Shown piece after piece: positions 31,395-41,382 of a DNA stretch of 64,000 nt. Numbering within the stretch: the stretch's first letter is position 1; every line of letters starts with the position of its first letter. Where the stretch lies: positions 160,001 to 224,000 of the forward strand of contig JBFWMA010000003.1 in NCBI GenBank assembly GCA_050251875.1. Direction: 5' to 3'. A program made the position numbers and the translations under genes. This DNA comes from Deferribacterales bacterium (GTDB lineage: Bacteria; Chrysiogenota; Deferribacteres; Deferribacterales; Geovibrionaceae). The notes under the pieces were generated by a model, which searched no databases, was not told where the DNA came from, and worked only from the letters and a program-made list of their open reading frames with translations.

Positions 31395-32570
31395 TTAATC
31401 CTGCGGGGCTTCGATTTTCAGGTGTTTTCTGATGGATTTGATTTCGTCTGTTATCATCTTCAGCAGTGTACCCAGCTCTTTGTCGGACACCACTGATTTT
31501 TTGTTTACCGTGTTGATGAGTCTTTCCAGCTGATAGACCGTTTTCTTGCTCAGCTCGTTATAGCGCTCCTGCTGGAGCTCCAGGGTATTCTGAAAGTTTT
31601 TCAGGGCGGTGGCGCTTCTCACCAGTTTGTTTTTAACGTCTTTGTTCTCCTGACGGAGTCTGATGAGTTCGTTCACGTTGTTATCGGAGAAGAGTTTTTC
31701 CAGAGCCTTGCTCATCTTTCTGTTTTTCAGAAAGACTTCGTCATAGTTCTTTTCCAGATCTTTGTAGGCTCGTTTCAGCTCGCCCATCTCGTTCATCTTG
31801 TCCACTTCGGCTTTCTGAAAGTTTTTTACCCTTTCTTTATATTTCTCGATAGATTCCACCATGCGGAAGTTCTCCGTGATGTCTATCATAAATTCGCCGA
31901 ACTCGTTCAGATCGCCTGTCTGGTCATAGACAGGGAACATGTGGTGTTCGAAATGCAGGGTGTCTTTGCCCTTCTGGATCTCGATATTCTGAGACCCGAC
32001 ATTCTCCCCGGCGATTATCTCCGCCATGCGGCAGAAAGCGCAAGGCTCGCTGCGCCCGTGGATAACCTCATAGCATTTCTTGTTTATCATTGACGGGATA
32101 TTTGAAATATCCAGAAAATTAGCCAGCTCTTTGTTTACGTTAAGAATCAGATAATCGCTGCTGACGCTGAACAGAGGCATTTTAAGCCCGTCTATCAGCT
32201 TCATCATCTTCGTACGGCTGCGTCTGAGAACTTTTACGGATTCCTCAGAATCTCCCAGAACACCGTAAAAAGATTTGGCGATGGTGCTGAGGTGCTTTCT
32301 GTGCTTGTCAGAATTTATCATGATGACGGCTTTGTTCCCTTCCTGGGTAAAACGCAGGAAGTAGAAGGTCATCAGGTTGTCGCCTTTCTTAAATGACTGA
32401 AAATAAATATCGCTGTTGTCCAGATACTGGATCATGGTCTGGGGAACAGGGATTTTCTCATGCTGTCCGGAGACCATCTGATAAAAATCCTGTGACTCAG
32501 GCAGATACAAATAAACAGGGAAAGCGCATTCACGCAAAAGCATTGAAACTTTCGATATAATTGTGTTCAT
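31395..32570 (-). CDS. PAS-domain/coiled-coil protein with no recognisable output domain
   Basis: PAS-like segment (ILNVNK...KKCYEVIHGRSEPCAFC...DITE) followed by long heptad repeats. Confidence 0.7.
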   Translation of the reverse strand: MNTIISKVSMLLRECAFPVYLYLPESQDFYQMVSGQHEKIPVPQTMIQYLDNSDIYFQSFKKGDNLMTFYFLRFTQEGNKAVIMINSDKHRKHLSTIAKSFYGVLGDSEESVKVLRRSRTKMMKLIDGLKMPLFSVSSDYLILNVNKELANFLDISNIPSMINKKCYEVIHGRSEPCAFCRMAEIIAGENVGSQNIEIQKGKDTLHFEHHMFPVYDQTGDLNEFGEFMIDITENFRMVESIEKYKERVKNFQKAEVDKMNEMGELKRAYKDLEKNYDEVFLKNRKMSKALEKLFSDNNVNELIRLRQENKDVKNKLVRSATALKNFQNTLELQQERYNELSKKTVYQLERLINTVNKKSVVSDKELGTLLKMITDEIKSIRKHLKIEAPQD

Positions 32571-33253
32571 TCAGTTAGTCCTCTAGGGTTCTGCGTACGC
32601 ATACCCCCGGTAAGCGCAAAGACATCAATATCAGAAGCTCCCGATCTGCGCAGTATCCTGCAACACTCCGATATTGTTGAGCCTGTGGTTATAATATCAT
32701 CAACGAGAAGAATTTTCAAACTGCTTAAATCTTTTTTACAAGAAAATGCGTTTTTTACATTATTCATACGCATAGTCCTTTTTAATTTATACTGATATTC
32801 TGTTTTTCTGGTTCGTGTGAGCAGATTTTCATATTCGGCGCCTATCTGTCCGGCTATGTGTTTCGCCAGAATCTGAGCGGGATGGGTGAACCGTCTGAAT
32901 CTGCGTGTGAAGTGGGAAGGAACAGCAGTCACTATGTCGTATCGCTTATCGGCGGGCAGATGCGCCAGACGGGACAGCGAGTGGATTCCCGCCAGCCTGT
33001 ATGAAAATTTGATCTCTCTGAGCAGCTGCTTTATTGACCCTGAGTAAACATATTCTATAAAAATATTGTCATAATATTTTTTATTCAGGCAATTTCCGCA
33101 TATTTTTGCCGGCACGGAGGAGGGATACCCGCAATTTTCGCACTTACAGGTAAATTTCTGGAGTTTTTCAATACAATCGGGGCAGACGGGAAAATTATTT
33201 CCGCATACTGCCCCGCAGGTTATACATTTCTGATAAAAGATTTCGCCGAACAT
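32567..33253 (-). CDS. comF: ComF family double zinc ribbon/phosphoribosyltransferase protein
   Basis: Four CxxC pairs; LLVDDIITTGST. Confidence 0.88.
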   Translation of the reverse strand: MFGEIFYQKCITCGAVCGNNFPVCPDCIEKLQKFTCKCENCGYPSSVPAKICGNCLNKKYYDNIFIEYVYSGSIKQLLREIKFSYRLAGIHSLSRLAHLPADKRYDIVTAVPSHFTRRFRRFTHPAQILAKHIAGQIGAEYENLLTRTRKTEYQYKLKRTMRMNNVKNAFSCKKDLSSLKILLVDDIITTGSTISECCRILRRSGASDIDVFALTGGMRTQNPRGLTE

Positions 33254-33255
33254 GA

Positions 33256-34776
33256 CTATTTGGCTATGAGGCTCTCCCCAGTCATCTCTTCAGGAATCTC
33301 TATGCCCATAATGTCCAGAAGTGTGGGGGCGATGTCCGCCAGTTTTCCGGTTTTGTCTTTCAGCTTAACGTCTTTGTTATAGATGATGAACGGCACGGGG
33401 TTCAGCGTGTGCGCTGTGTGGGGCTGGTTGTTTTCATAGTCCCACATCTGTTCAACGTTTCCGTGGTCGGCTGTCACCGCCAGCACGGCGTTCTTCTCTT
33501 TCGCTGTTTTTATAACTTCGCCCAGACACTCGTCCACAGCTTTGCAAGCGGCGACTGCGGCGTCAAGCACGCCTGTGTGCCCCACCATGTCGGGGTTGGC
33601 GAAATTCATGATAACCACGTCCACAGAGTCTATCTCCTCTTTGAACCGTGCTGTCACGTCATAAACGCTCATCTGCGGTTTCAGATCATAGGTCGCCACA
33701 TCTCTGGGAGAATTGAGCAGGGCTCTCTTCTCGCCTTCGAAGACTGTTTCCGCTCCGCCGTTGAAAAAGTAGGTGACGTGGGCGTATTTTTCTGTCTCGG
33801 CTATCCTGAGCTGTTTCAGCCCTTTTGCGCTTATCACCTCGCCGAAGATATTTTTCAGCGATTCGGGACCGAAAGCGTATGGGCATGTATATTTGCTGTC
33901 ATACTGGGTCAGTGTCATGTAGCTGACGGCGGGCATCTGTCCTCTGTCGAACCCGTCAAAAGCCGGATCGATGAAGGCGGATGTGAGCTGTCTGGCTCTG
34001 TCGGCACGGAAGTTGAAGAAGAATACGCCGTCTTTGTCCTTCACATTGCCGTTCACGCCTTTGATGACGGATGGTTTGATGAACTCGTCCGTTTCGCCTC
34101 TGTCATATGCCTCCTGAACAGCCGCCACCGGAGAAGCCGCCACTATGCCTTTGCCGTTTCTGACGGCATCATAGCCCAGCTGTGTTCTGTCCCAGCGCTT
34201 GTCTCTGTCCATGGGATAATATCTGCCGGAAACTGTCGCCACCTTTCCGTAGCCGATGGATTCCATGAAAGTTACCAGCTCTTTCATATATCCCAGCCCG
34301 CTGTTGGGTGGAGTGTCTCTGCCATCCATGAAGGCATGGACGAATGTATCTGATATTCCGAAGTCTTTCGCTATTTTTATGAGTCCTTTCAGATGCTCTA
34401 TGTGGCTGTGTACGCCGCCGTCAGAGAGCAGACCGAAGAAATGGAGGTGTCCCCCGCTCTTCTTCAGCTCGGTGAGAAAATTCACGAATTCAGGGTTTTT
34501 TGCCATGTCGCCGTTCTGTATGGCGAGTGTGACACGCAGAAGTTCCTGATATACTATGCGCCCGGCGCCTATGTTGGTGTGTCCCACCTCGGAGTTGCCC
34601 ATCTGTCCTTCGGGCAGACCGACATGTTCTTCGCTGGCGTTCAGCTTTGTATTAGGGCATGTATTCAGCAGATTAAAGAAGTTGGGCGCTTTGCTGATCC
34701 GGATAGAGTTATATTCTTCAGCGTCCCTGAGACCCCAGCCGTCAAGGATAAGAAGTATGGTTTTCTGATTGTTCAT
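33256..34776 (-). CDS. gpmI: 2,3-BPG-independent phosphoglycerate mutase
   Basis: ILDGWG, GNSEVGH, SDGGVHSH, AETEKYAHVT, DMVGHTG; start ATG 34776 with SD ggag. Confidence 0.97.
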   Translation of the reverse strand: MNNQKTILLILDGWGLRDAEEYNSIRISKAPNFFNLLNTCPNTKLNASEEHVGLPEGQMGNSEVGHTNIGAGRIVYQELLRVTLAIQNGDMAKNPEFVNFLTELKKSGGHLHFFGLLSDGGVHSHIEHLKGLIKIAKDFGISDTFVHAFMDGRDTPPNSGLGYMKELVTFMESIGYGKVATVSGRYYPMDRDKRWDRTQLGYDAVRNGKGIVAASPVAAVQEAYDRGETDEFIKPSVIKGVNGNVKDKDGVFFFNFRADRARQLTSAFIDPAFDGFDRGQMPAVSYMTLTQYDSKYTCPYAFGPESLKNIFGEVISAKGLKQLRIAETEKYAHVTYFFNGGAETVFEGEKRALLNSPRDVATYDLKPQMSVYDVTARFKEEIDSVDVVIMNFANPDMVGHTGVLDAAVAACKAVDECLGEVIKTAKEKNAVLAVTADHGNVEQMWDYENNQPHTAHTLNPVPFIIYNKDVKLKDKTGKLADIAPTLLDIMGIEIPEEMTGESLIAK

Positions 34777-34804
34777 AGTGTTCTCCAAAAAACGGGAAGG
34801 TAAG

Positions 34805-34842
34805 AAAAAACCCCGAAAAAACGCCTGAGCGCATTCGGGGTT
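34805..34842 (-). terminator. Putative terminator after dksA
   Basis: aaccccgaa...ttcggggtt stem with U-tract on the minus strand. Confidence 0.65.
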
Positions 34843-34847
34843 GTTTG

Positions 34848-35210
34848 TTACATCTTGATGAGCCCTTTCTTTTCCAGCTCGGTTTTGCAGTCGGTGCAGT
34901 ACCTGGCGAAAGGCACATATTCCAGACGTTTGTCTTCTATGTCCTCTTCGCACTCTATGCACACGCCGTAGGTGCCGTTTTCGATCCTTTGCAGAGCCTG
35001 CTCGATGAGTCTCAGCTTAAGAGCGTCTGTCTCAACCCTGCCCAGCAGAAGGTTTTTGTTATATAGATTGTACGCCTCATCGGCTGAGTCCTGTGTTCCG
35101 TCCTCGCCCACGCTCATGGCGTCATTGTATCTTTCGTTGAGCTTGTCGATGAGCTCACGGCGCATCTTCAGCAGTTTTTCCCTGTGGTAGTTCAGCTTTT
35201 CTCTGTCCAT
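34848..35210 (-). CDS. dksA: DksA/TraR C4-type zinc finger protein
   Basis: DSADEA coiled-coil tip, GTYGVCIEC...RL..VP.ARYCTDC. Confidence 0.88.
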   Translation of the reverse strand: MDREKLNYHREKLLKMRRELIDKLNERYNDAMSVGEDGTQDSADEAYNLYNKNLLLGRVETDALKLRLIEQALQRIENGTYGVCIECEEDIEDKRLEYVPFARYCTDCKTELEKKGLIKM

Positions 35211-35266
35211 ACCAGCCTCCTCATTATAACCGTACCCGCCGTTGAATCAAGTGAGCGTATCCGGTT

Positions 35267-35674
35267 CTATTTATGATAAGGGTGACCATTGATGATGGTC
35301 AGCGCTCTGTATATCTGCTCTGTCAGGACAAGCAGGCTTATCCTGTGTGCCATGGTCATGCCGGAGAGTGAGATGAACTCTTTCGCCTCCGATCTGATCT
35401 CAGCCGGAAGCCCCTCCGCCTCGCCTATGTAGAATGTGATGTCTCCATAGGTCTCCACTCTCTTTCTGATCCACTCGGCGAACTCTTCGCTGGTGAACTG
35501 TTTCCCCGCGGGATCCATCCCCACCAGAAGCCCTCTGCCGTCATATCCTTTTTTTGACTTGTCAAACTCAAGAGCCACCGGCATGAACCCGTTGGACATT
35601 TTTATGTATCTGTCCGTAAGGTTTTTTATCTCCGGCTCTTTAATCTTTGAAGCCATGACAATTTTTAACAGCAT
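35267..35674 (-). CDS. rlmH: 23S rRNA pseudouridine-1915 N3-methyltransferase
   Basis: GKQFTSEEFA, IGEAEGL, EQIYRALTIINGHPYHK. Confidence 0.93.
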   Translation of the reverse strand: MLLKIVMASKIKEPEIKNLTDRYIKMSNGFMPVALEFDKSKKGYDGRGLLVGMDPAGKQFTSEEFAEWIRKRVETYGDITFYIGEAEGLPAEIRSEAKEFISLSGMTMAHRISLLVLTEQIYRALTIINGHPYHK

Positions 35675-35744
35675 TCCGAGTTGCTCGTAAAATATAGAAT
35701 GAGTTTTCTTATGTCAACTGTTTTCAGAGCGCTTTTATGTTTTT

Positions 35745-36431
35745 TCAGCCTCTTCCTCTCGTGAATTCATACATAATAACAGCGGCGCTCTGTGAAACAT
35801 TGAGTGAGTCTATGTCTCCGCTCATGGGAATCTTAACGTGAATATCGGCCATCTCCAGCAGAGCCGGACGGATTCCTTTACCTTCTGAGCCCATTATTAT
35901 GACAGATTTTTCTTCGAAGGCGGCGTCTTTCAGCGCTGTCTTGCCGTCAACATCGGCGGCATAAGCCTTGTAGCCGTGCTCCTGAAGTTTTTTCAGGGCG
36001 GTGGCGGTGTTCACCGCTCCCACTATCAGCGTGTGAAAGATTGTTCCGCTGGATGCCTTGCACACGGCGGATGTGATGGGCGACTGCTTGGTGAATCCCA
36101 CCATCACGGTTTTTATGCCGAAGCAGTTAGCCGCTCGGATTATGGCTCCGTAGTTATGCGGGTCAAAAATTCTGTCCAGAATAACCACAGGACCGTTCTC
36201 TATTATTTTGTCAAAAGCCTTATCGAAGTTTTTCGGCTCCAGATCCCGAATCTCGGCGGCGATACCCTGCGCCTCCTGTCCGAAATAATGCTCGAACTCT
36301 TTGGGACCGTATGTGCGCTTCTCCACCGGATATTTCGACACATCGAAGGTGCTGTTCACCTTGATGTGCAGGAGTTTTACCAGATCGAGCCTGAGCGCTT
36401 CCTCGACAGTGTTTCTGCCGTGTATTATCAT
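35745..36431 (-). CDS. rlmB: SpoU/TrmH family 23S rRNA methyltransferase (RlmB-like)
   Basis: DPHNYGAIIR, GSEGKG, IPMSGDIDSLNVS. Confidence 0.85.
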   Translation of the reverse strand: MIIHGRNTVEEALRLDLVKLLHIKVNSTFDVSKYPVEKRTYGPKEFEHYFGQEAQGIAAEIRDLEPKNFDKAFDKIIENGPVVILDRIFDPHNYGAIIRAANCFGIKTVMVGFTKQSPITSAVCKASSGTIFHTLIVGAVNTATALKKLQEHGYKAYAADVDGKTALKDAAFEEKSVIIMGSEGKGIRPALLEMADIHVKIPMSGDIDSLNVSQSAAVIMYEFTRGRG

Positions 36432-38338
36432 TTAAGTTCCGCCTCTATCTCGGCCGCTACTGTCTCGGGATCGAGTCCCAGCAGATTGAATATAGCGTCC
36501 GGTGTGCCTGAGTATGCGTATCCTCTGACGCCGAATCTCACTATACGGGGGGCGTTGTCCTCTTCGCTGAACCTGTTCGCCAGTGTGGCGGCGAGACCTG
36601 TGAATTCGTTGTGGTCTTCGTATACGAATACGGGTTTATCTGTATATTTCTCGAATGCTTCCATATCGGGGTGCAGGGGGCATGAACAGTTAAGCACGGC
36701 GGCGTTCAGTCCTTTCGCTTTCAGCAGTTCAGCCACTTTCAGCGCTCTGGCTGTCATGCTTCCGTATGTGGCGATGGCGAAATCGCCGTCTTTTATCACG
36801 TCCACCTGACCGTATTTAAATGTGTAGCCCTTGCCGAACATGGGCTTTCCCTCTTTCTCTATTGTGGCGAGTTTTGAGCGTCCCATTCCCACGAGGAAGT
36901 TGCCGGGATTCTCGGCGGCGAAGCATACGGCTTTATATGTCTGGTTGGGGTCTGCGGGGATTATCACACGGAAACCGAACAGGTTGCGCATTGTGCCGAC
37001 ATAGTCGATGCACTGGTGTGTTTTTCCGTCTTCGCCCACGTCTATACCTATGTGTGTTGTGACAGTCTTGAGGCTGGCGCAGTTGATATCGTTGAGCCTC
37101 TGCTGGTTGTAAACCTCGTCCACGCCGAACACGCCGAAATCAGCGAAGAAGCTGACAACACCGTTAACGCTGGCGGCGCCTGCGGCAACACATGCGTGGT
37201 GTTCCTGAATGCCTGTCTGAACGAAATTATCAGCGTATTCTTTTTCCACTTTGTCGGTTTTCACGGAGCTGGCGAGGTCGCAGTCAAAAACAGCGACAGG
37301 AGTCATCCCATCCGCCTGAGAAGCCTTTACTATGTCATAAACGGCGTCTCCGAAAGCGGAGCGGCAGTCTGTTTTAACATCCAGACCGTACTCTTTATCC
37401 TTGTCATATCCAACTTTAACTTCAGGAATATCCAGCTCGTGGCATGATGAGCAGAATTTGAAGTCAGAGCGGAGCGCTTTGTATTTTTCGAGATCGTTTT
37501 GAAGACCGAGCTCACCCAGAGCTTTGTCAAGCTGTTCGTCTGTAAGGGGTTTACCGTGGTATCCGTGGATGTTCTCCATGAATGACACGCCCTTGCTCAT
37601 GGTGGTCTCGGCGAGGATCAGCACGGGCTGTTCCAGCTTCTGACCGTATTTGATGGCGGTGAAGAGCTTTTCATAATCGTGTCCGTCAACGGTGATTACG
37701 AACCAGCCGTCCGCTGTGTAGTCGTCTTTTATGTTCTGATACATTACGTCTTCTATGTTTCCGCTGATCTGGAGCTTGTTATAGTCGATGAACGCTGTGA
37801 TGTTGGAGAGTCCGTGCATAGCGGCGAAGCGTCTCGCTTCCGCCTGCTGACCTTTCTGCTGTTCGCCGTCTCCCATGAAGCAGTAAACGTTGAATTCGTC
37901 TCCGGCTATCTCGCCCGCCATAGCGGCTCCGCATGCGGCTGACAGACCCTGTCCGAGGTTTCCTGTGGTCCACTCAACGCCGTTCACCATGCGCTCGATG
38001 TGTCCTTCGTATATGCTTCCCGCCAGACGGAACTGGGAGATGGCATCGTCTATGTTGAAGAAACCGTTGCGGGCAAGGGCGGAATATACTGCCGGGCTGG
38101 TGTGTCCGTGTGAAACATATATTCTGTCTCTGGATGAGGATTTGAAGTTTTCGGGGCTGATGTTGGCGAATTTATACACTGTCAGGTACATGTCGATGGA
38201 AGACATGGAGCCGCCGGGGTGACCGCTCGCTGCCAGTGTTGTCATTTTAAGAATGTCGCCTCTGCAAAGTCTGGCTTTCTCCGCCAGCTCGTTTACATCC
38301 GCCTGTGTGATGTCTGTGTCAAAACCCATGCCTGCCAT
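36428..38338 (-). CDS. tkt: Transketolase
   Basis: SGHPGGS, SHGH, GDGEQQKG, GEDGKTHQ. Confidence 0.93.
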   Translation of the reverse strand: MAGMGFDTDITQADVNELAEKARLCRGDILKMTTLAASGHPGGSMSSIDMYLTVYKFANISPENFKSSSRDRIYVSHGHTSPAVYSALARNGFFNIDDAISQFRLAGSIYEGHIERMVNGVEWTTGNLGQGLSAACGAAMAGEIAGDEFNVYCFMGDGEQQKGQQAEARRFAAMHGLSNITAFIDYNKLQISGNIEDVMYQNIKDDYTADGWFVITVDGHDYEKLFTAIKYGQKLEQPVLILAETTMSKGVSFMENIHGYHGKPLTDEQLDKALGELGLQNDLEKYKALRSDFKFCSSCHELDIPEVKVGYDKDKEYGLDVKTDCRSAFGDAVYDIVKASQADGMTPVAVFDCDLASSVKTDKVEKEYADNFVQTGIQEHHACVAAGAASVNGVVSFFADFGVFGVDEVYNQQRLNDINCASLKTVTTHIGIDVGEDGKTHQCIDYVGTMRNLFGFRVIIPADPNQTYKAVCFAAENPGNFLVGMGRSKLATIEKEGKPMFGKGYTFKYGQVDVIKDGDFAIATYGSMTARALKVAELLKAKGLNAAVLNCSCPLHPDMEAFEKYTDKPVFVYEDHNEFTGLAATLANRFSEEDNAPRIVRFGVRGYAYSGTPDAIFNLLGLDPETVAAEIEAELK

Positions 38339-38441
38339 ATCTATTACCTCTTTTTGGATAAACTTATATCATTACCCTTACGGGCATGGGTTTTATATAA
38401 CGTATATAATAATGTGTCAATTTATTTAGGGACGTGAAAAC

Positions 38442-39281
38442 TTACTTTTTGCTCATAATGTACCACAGCACGGAAGCCATCATGAGCGACCCGCCGAAAA
38501 AAGTAGCGGACGGAGGCATTTCTCTGAAAACAGCCCAGATGATTACGGGGGTTATGACCGTGCGCAGAAGCGAATAGAGGCTGATCTCGGTAGCCATGAT
38601 GTATCTGGCTGATGTGGAGACGAAAGTTCTGCCAAATGGAGCTGTCAGAAGACCCATCACAGCCATGACGGCGACTCCGTAAAGGTTGAATGAGGATGCC
38701 TGCATGCCGAACGAGCTGAAAAGGGCGATGAAGAATCCGCCCATGCCCACAGCCATGCTCCGGCTGATTTTCGGATATTTTCTCCACAGGACATAGTTGA
38801 ATGAGGCGAAGGCGGTAGCGGCTACAGCCAGCAGGTCTCCCTTGATGCCTTCTGACGTCAGCGAGCCTTTGACTATTATAAAGATTCCGGCGAGGGTCAC
38901 GGCTGTGGCTATCCATGTTTTCGCTCCGGTCTTTTCCTTCAGAAAGATACGGCTGAACAGGGCGGAGAAGAGCGGTGTGGAGCTCATTATCAGCACCACG
39001 TTGGCAACAGCGGTCTCTTTAACGGCTAATACGAAAGTGTTTCCGCTTCCTCCCATAATCATTCCGGATAATATTATCACGGCTCCGCCGTTTCTGATGG
39101 CTGTGACAACGCCTTCCTGAAAAAACTGGGTGAAAAGACACATGGCGATGAAAGAGAACAGCCCGAAGAGAAAGGAGGCGTTCCAGCCGGGCAGTCCCGA
39201 AAGCCTGACAAAAACGGCGTCCAGACTCATCAGCAGAACACCGGCGAGGACATACGAGATGCCCTTTGATCTTGTTTCCAT
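38442..39281 (-). CDS. DMT/EamA family transporter
   Basis: About 10 TMs, two EamA repeats (PLFSALFSRIFLKEK). Confidence 0.9.
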   Translation of the reverse strand: METRSKGISYVLAGVLLMSLDAVFVRLSGLPGWNASFLFGLFSFIAMCLFTQFFQEGVVTAIRNGGAVIILSGMIMGGSGNTFVLAVKETAVANVVLIMSSTPLFSALFSRIFLKEKTGAKTWIATAVTLAGIFIIVKGSLTSEGIKGDLLAVAATAFASFNYVLWRKYPKISRSMAVGMGGFFIALFSSFGMQASSFNLYGVAVMAVMGLLTAPFGRTFVSTSARYIMATEISLYSLLRTVITPVIIWAVFREMPPSATFFGGSLMMASVLWYIMSKK

Positions 39282-39325
39282 AATTACAACCTCTGAATCA
39301 TACTCTATAGTATGATAACGTAATA

Positions 39326-39346
39326 CTTGACAGTATGGCTGTCAAG
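39326..39346. promoter_or_regulatory. Palindromic operator overlapping divergent -35 boxes (TetR/DMT)
   Basis: CTTGACAG-tatgg-CTGTCAAG perfect 8-bp inverted repeat; TTGACA on both strands. Confidence 0.7.
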
Positions 39347-39361
39347 AGGTTATCTTTTATT

Positions 39362-39946
39362 ATGTCAAAATCACTGGAAAACCACCTGAGAAAACAGAGC
39401 CAGATAGCCGATGCCGCCAAGAAACTTTTTCTGGAGAACGGCTATGCCGGCACGGGTATGGACACCGTGGCAAAAGAGGCTGGGGTCACCAAGCAGACCG
39501 TCTACAGGTATTTTCCGTCTAAAGAAGAGCTGTTTCAGCACATTATCAAGAGCATGTCCGAGAAGCAGGCGGCATATACATTCGGCAGGCGTGGTGTTCT
39601 GGAAGAGCTGATACGTTACGGCGAGGATCTGATCCTGTATCATATGCAGCCCCAGAGGCTGGAATTCTGGCGTCTGATGGTGGCGGAAGGCGGTAGAAGC
39701 GGCAACATCGGCAAGATGTTCAGAGAGATCAACCAGACCGCCAGAAAAACACCGCTCATCAACTATCTGAGGGACAATCTGAACATGAGCGAGCCTGAAA
39801 AGCTGGCGGATATGTTCTGTTCCCTGCTGCTGTATACCCGCCCGCAGATACTTATGGGCAGTGCCGATGTTCCGGATGCAGAAGCAGTCAGAGACCATGC
39901 CCAGCTCTCCGCCGAAATATTCGTTAACGGTCTTTTAAGCCTTTAA
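39362..39946 (+). CDS. TetR/AcrR family transcriptional regulator
   Basis: LFLENGYAGTGMDTVAKEAGVTKQTVYRYFPSKEELF HTH; ATG 39362 chosen because it lies downstream of the promoter. Confidence 0.93.
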   Translation: MSKSLENHLRKQSQIADAAKKLFLENGYAGTGMDTVAKEAGVTKQTVYRYFPSKEELFQHIIKSMSEKQAAYTFGRRGVLEELIRYGEDLILYHMQPQRLEFWRLMVAEGGRSGNIGKMFREINQTARKTPLINYLRDNLNMSEPEKLADMFCSLLLYTRPQILMGSADVPDAEAVRDHAQLSAEIFVNGLLSL

Positions 39947-39967
39947 TCATCATCTATGCTATACTTT

Positions 39968-40004
39968 TGAATGGATCGGCACATATTGTGACGGGAACGG
40001 CACA
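39968..40004 (+). promoter_or_regulatory. Tandem direct repeats, putative AraC-family activator sites
   Basis: TGAatGGAtCGGCACA and TGAcgGGAaCGGCACA 21 bp apart; TATCAT -10 at 40026. Confidence 0.55.
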
Positions 40005-40049
40005 GTATTTCCGCCTCTATCGGCATATCATCTCTTTATGGAGGCAGAT

Positions 40050-40568
40050 ATGAAAAAGATACTTATGACAGTAATCATAATGGCAGCGGCTGTCTGCGCT
40101 TACGCTGACGGATTCAGAGTTTATCTTCCTGATGTGGGCAAGGTGTTTTCAAACGCACAGGTGTTTAACGGATTCGGATGCTCCGGAGATAACACCGCTC
40201 CGACAGTGAAGTGGGAAAACCCGCCGAAAGGCGCAGAGAGCTTTGCCCTGACTATGTACGATCCGGACGCTCCCACAGGTTCCGGCTGGTGGCACTGGAT
40301 AGTGACAGATATTCCGGCGGGAGCAAAGGCGATAGCGGGCGGAAAACTCCCCGAAGGAGCTGTAGACATGAACACTGATTTCGGTCAGCCCGGATACGGC
40401 GGTCCATGCCCTCCGGTCGGACAGAACCACAGATATATCATAACACTGCACGCTCTGAAGGTGAAAAACCTCGGCGTTCCCGCTCAGGCATCCGGAGCCA
40501 TGACAGGGTTCATGATTAACGCCAATACAATAGAAAAAACATCCGTAACAGTGAGATATGGAAGATAA
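40050..40568 (+). CDS. YbhB/YbcL family (PEBP/RKIP-like) periplasmic protein
   Basis: Signal peptide; YDPDAPTGSGWWHW, YGGPCPP; SD ggagg. Confidence 0.93.
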   Translation: MKKILMTVIIMAAAVCAYADGFRVYLPDVGKVFSNAQVFNGFGCSGDNTAPTVKWENPPKGAESFALTMYDPDAPTGSGWWHWIVTDIPAGAKAIAGGKLPEGAVDMNTDFGQPGYGGPCPPVGQNHRYIITLHALKVKNLGVPAQASGAMTGFMINANTIEKTSVTVRYGR

Positions 40569-41382
40569 CAGCAGAAAGCCGGAAAGAATGATAGCGTTCA
40601 GACAGGGGCTGGGAGCGGCAGGCGAGATTTATCAGAACTGCCAGCAGCCCCTGCGGCATGTTGTGATAGATAATCCCTGTATGATCGTGGTGAAGCACGG
40701 GATAAAGCATTTTGACAACGCTTCCGGTCGTCTGGTTATGAATCAGGGAGACGCCGTGGCTGTGTGGCGGGACACATGGTATGACGTCACGAATTTTAAC
40801 GGCGCTGACGGATATTACTCGGCTGAGTGGGTCAGCTTTGACAGAGATATGGTAAAAGATTTCGCCGCTAAGGCGAAAAACCGCAGGACAATGGAGGCGG
40901 TGAATATCAAAAAAATTTCCGGCGGGCTGAAGCTGGCATTTGATGAGATGTTCAGTCTGCTGAAAGATCAGGCGGATATCCCCGCGGAGATAGCGAGGCA
41001 CCGTATGGAAGAACTGCTGATCTGGCTGGATATGGGCGGATATTTCGCCTGTGTCAGAGACGATGTAAATCTTCCGTGGAATCTCAGGCAGACGATCTCC
41101 GGCGATCCTGCGAACAGATGGGACTGTGGCAGTCTGGCGAAATCTGTAGGCATGAGCGAGTCCACGCTGAGACGCAGGCTGGCGGAATATAACACTACCA
41201 TAGCGGATGTGGTGACGGACGTTCGGATGTCGTACGCTCTCAATATGATTCAGTCCACCGACTTCAGCATAACGAGGATATCTGCTGAATGCGGGTATGA
41301 GTCACCGTCCAGATTCGCTGTCAGGTTTAAGGAGAGGTTCGGCTTTTCCCCTTCGTCAGTCAGACGTGGAAATCCCGCCTAG
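40558..41382 (+). CDS. AraC family regulator (YbcM-like)
   Basis: MSESTLRRRL...ECGYESPSRFAVRFKERFGFSP double HTH. Confidence 0.92.
   Translation: MEDNSRKPERMIAFRQGLGAAGEIYQNCQQPLRHVVIDNPCMIVVKHGIKHFDNASGRLVMNQGDAVAVWRDTWYDVTNFNGADGYYSAEWVSFDRDMVKDFAAKAKNRRTMEAVNIKKISGGLKLAFDEMFSLLKDQADIPAEIARHRMEELLIWLDMGGYFACVRDDVNLPWNLRQTISGDPANRWDCGSLAKSVGMSESTLRRRLAEYNTTIADVVTDVRMSYALNMIQSTDFSITRISAECGYESPSRFAVRFKERFGFSPSSVRRGNPA

Noticed and set aside
34777..34962. N-terminal extensions in the ORF track for gpmI (also hypF, thiL, rsmF-like, mutT-like)
   Set aside because: They overlap neighbouring genes or terminators; better starts with an SD or ATGA coupling lie downstream.
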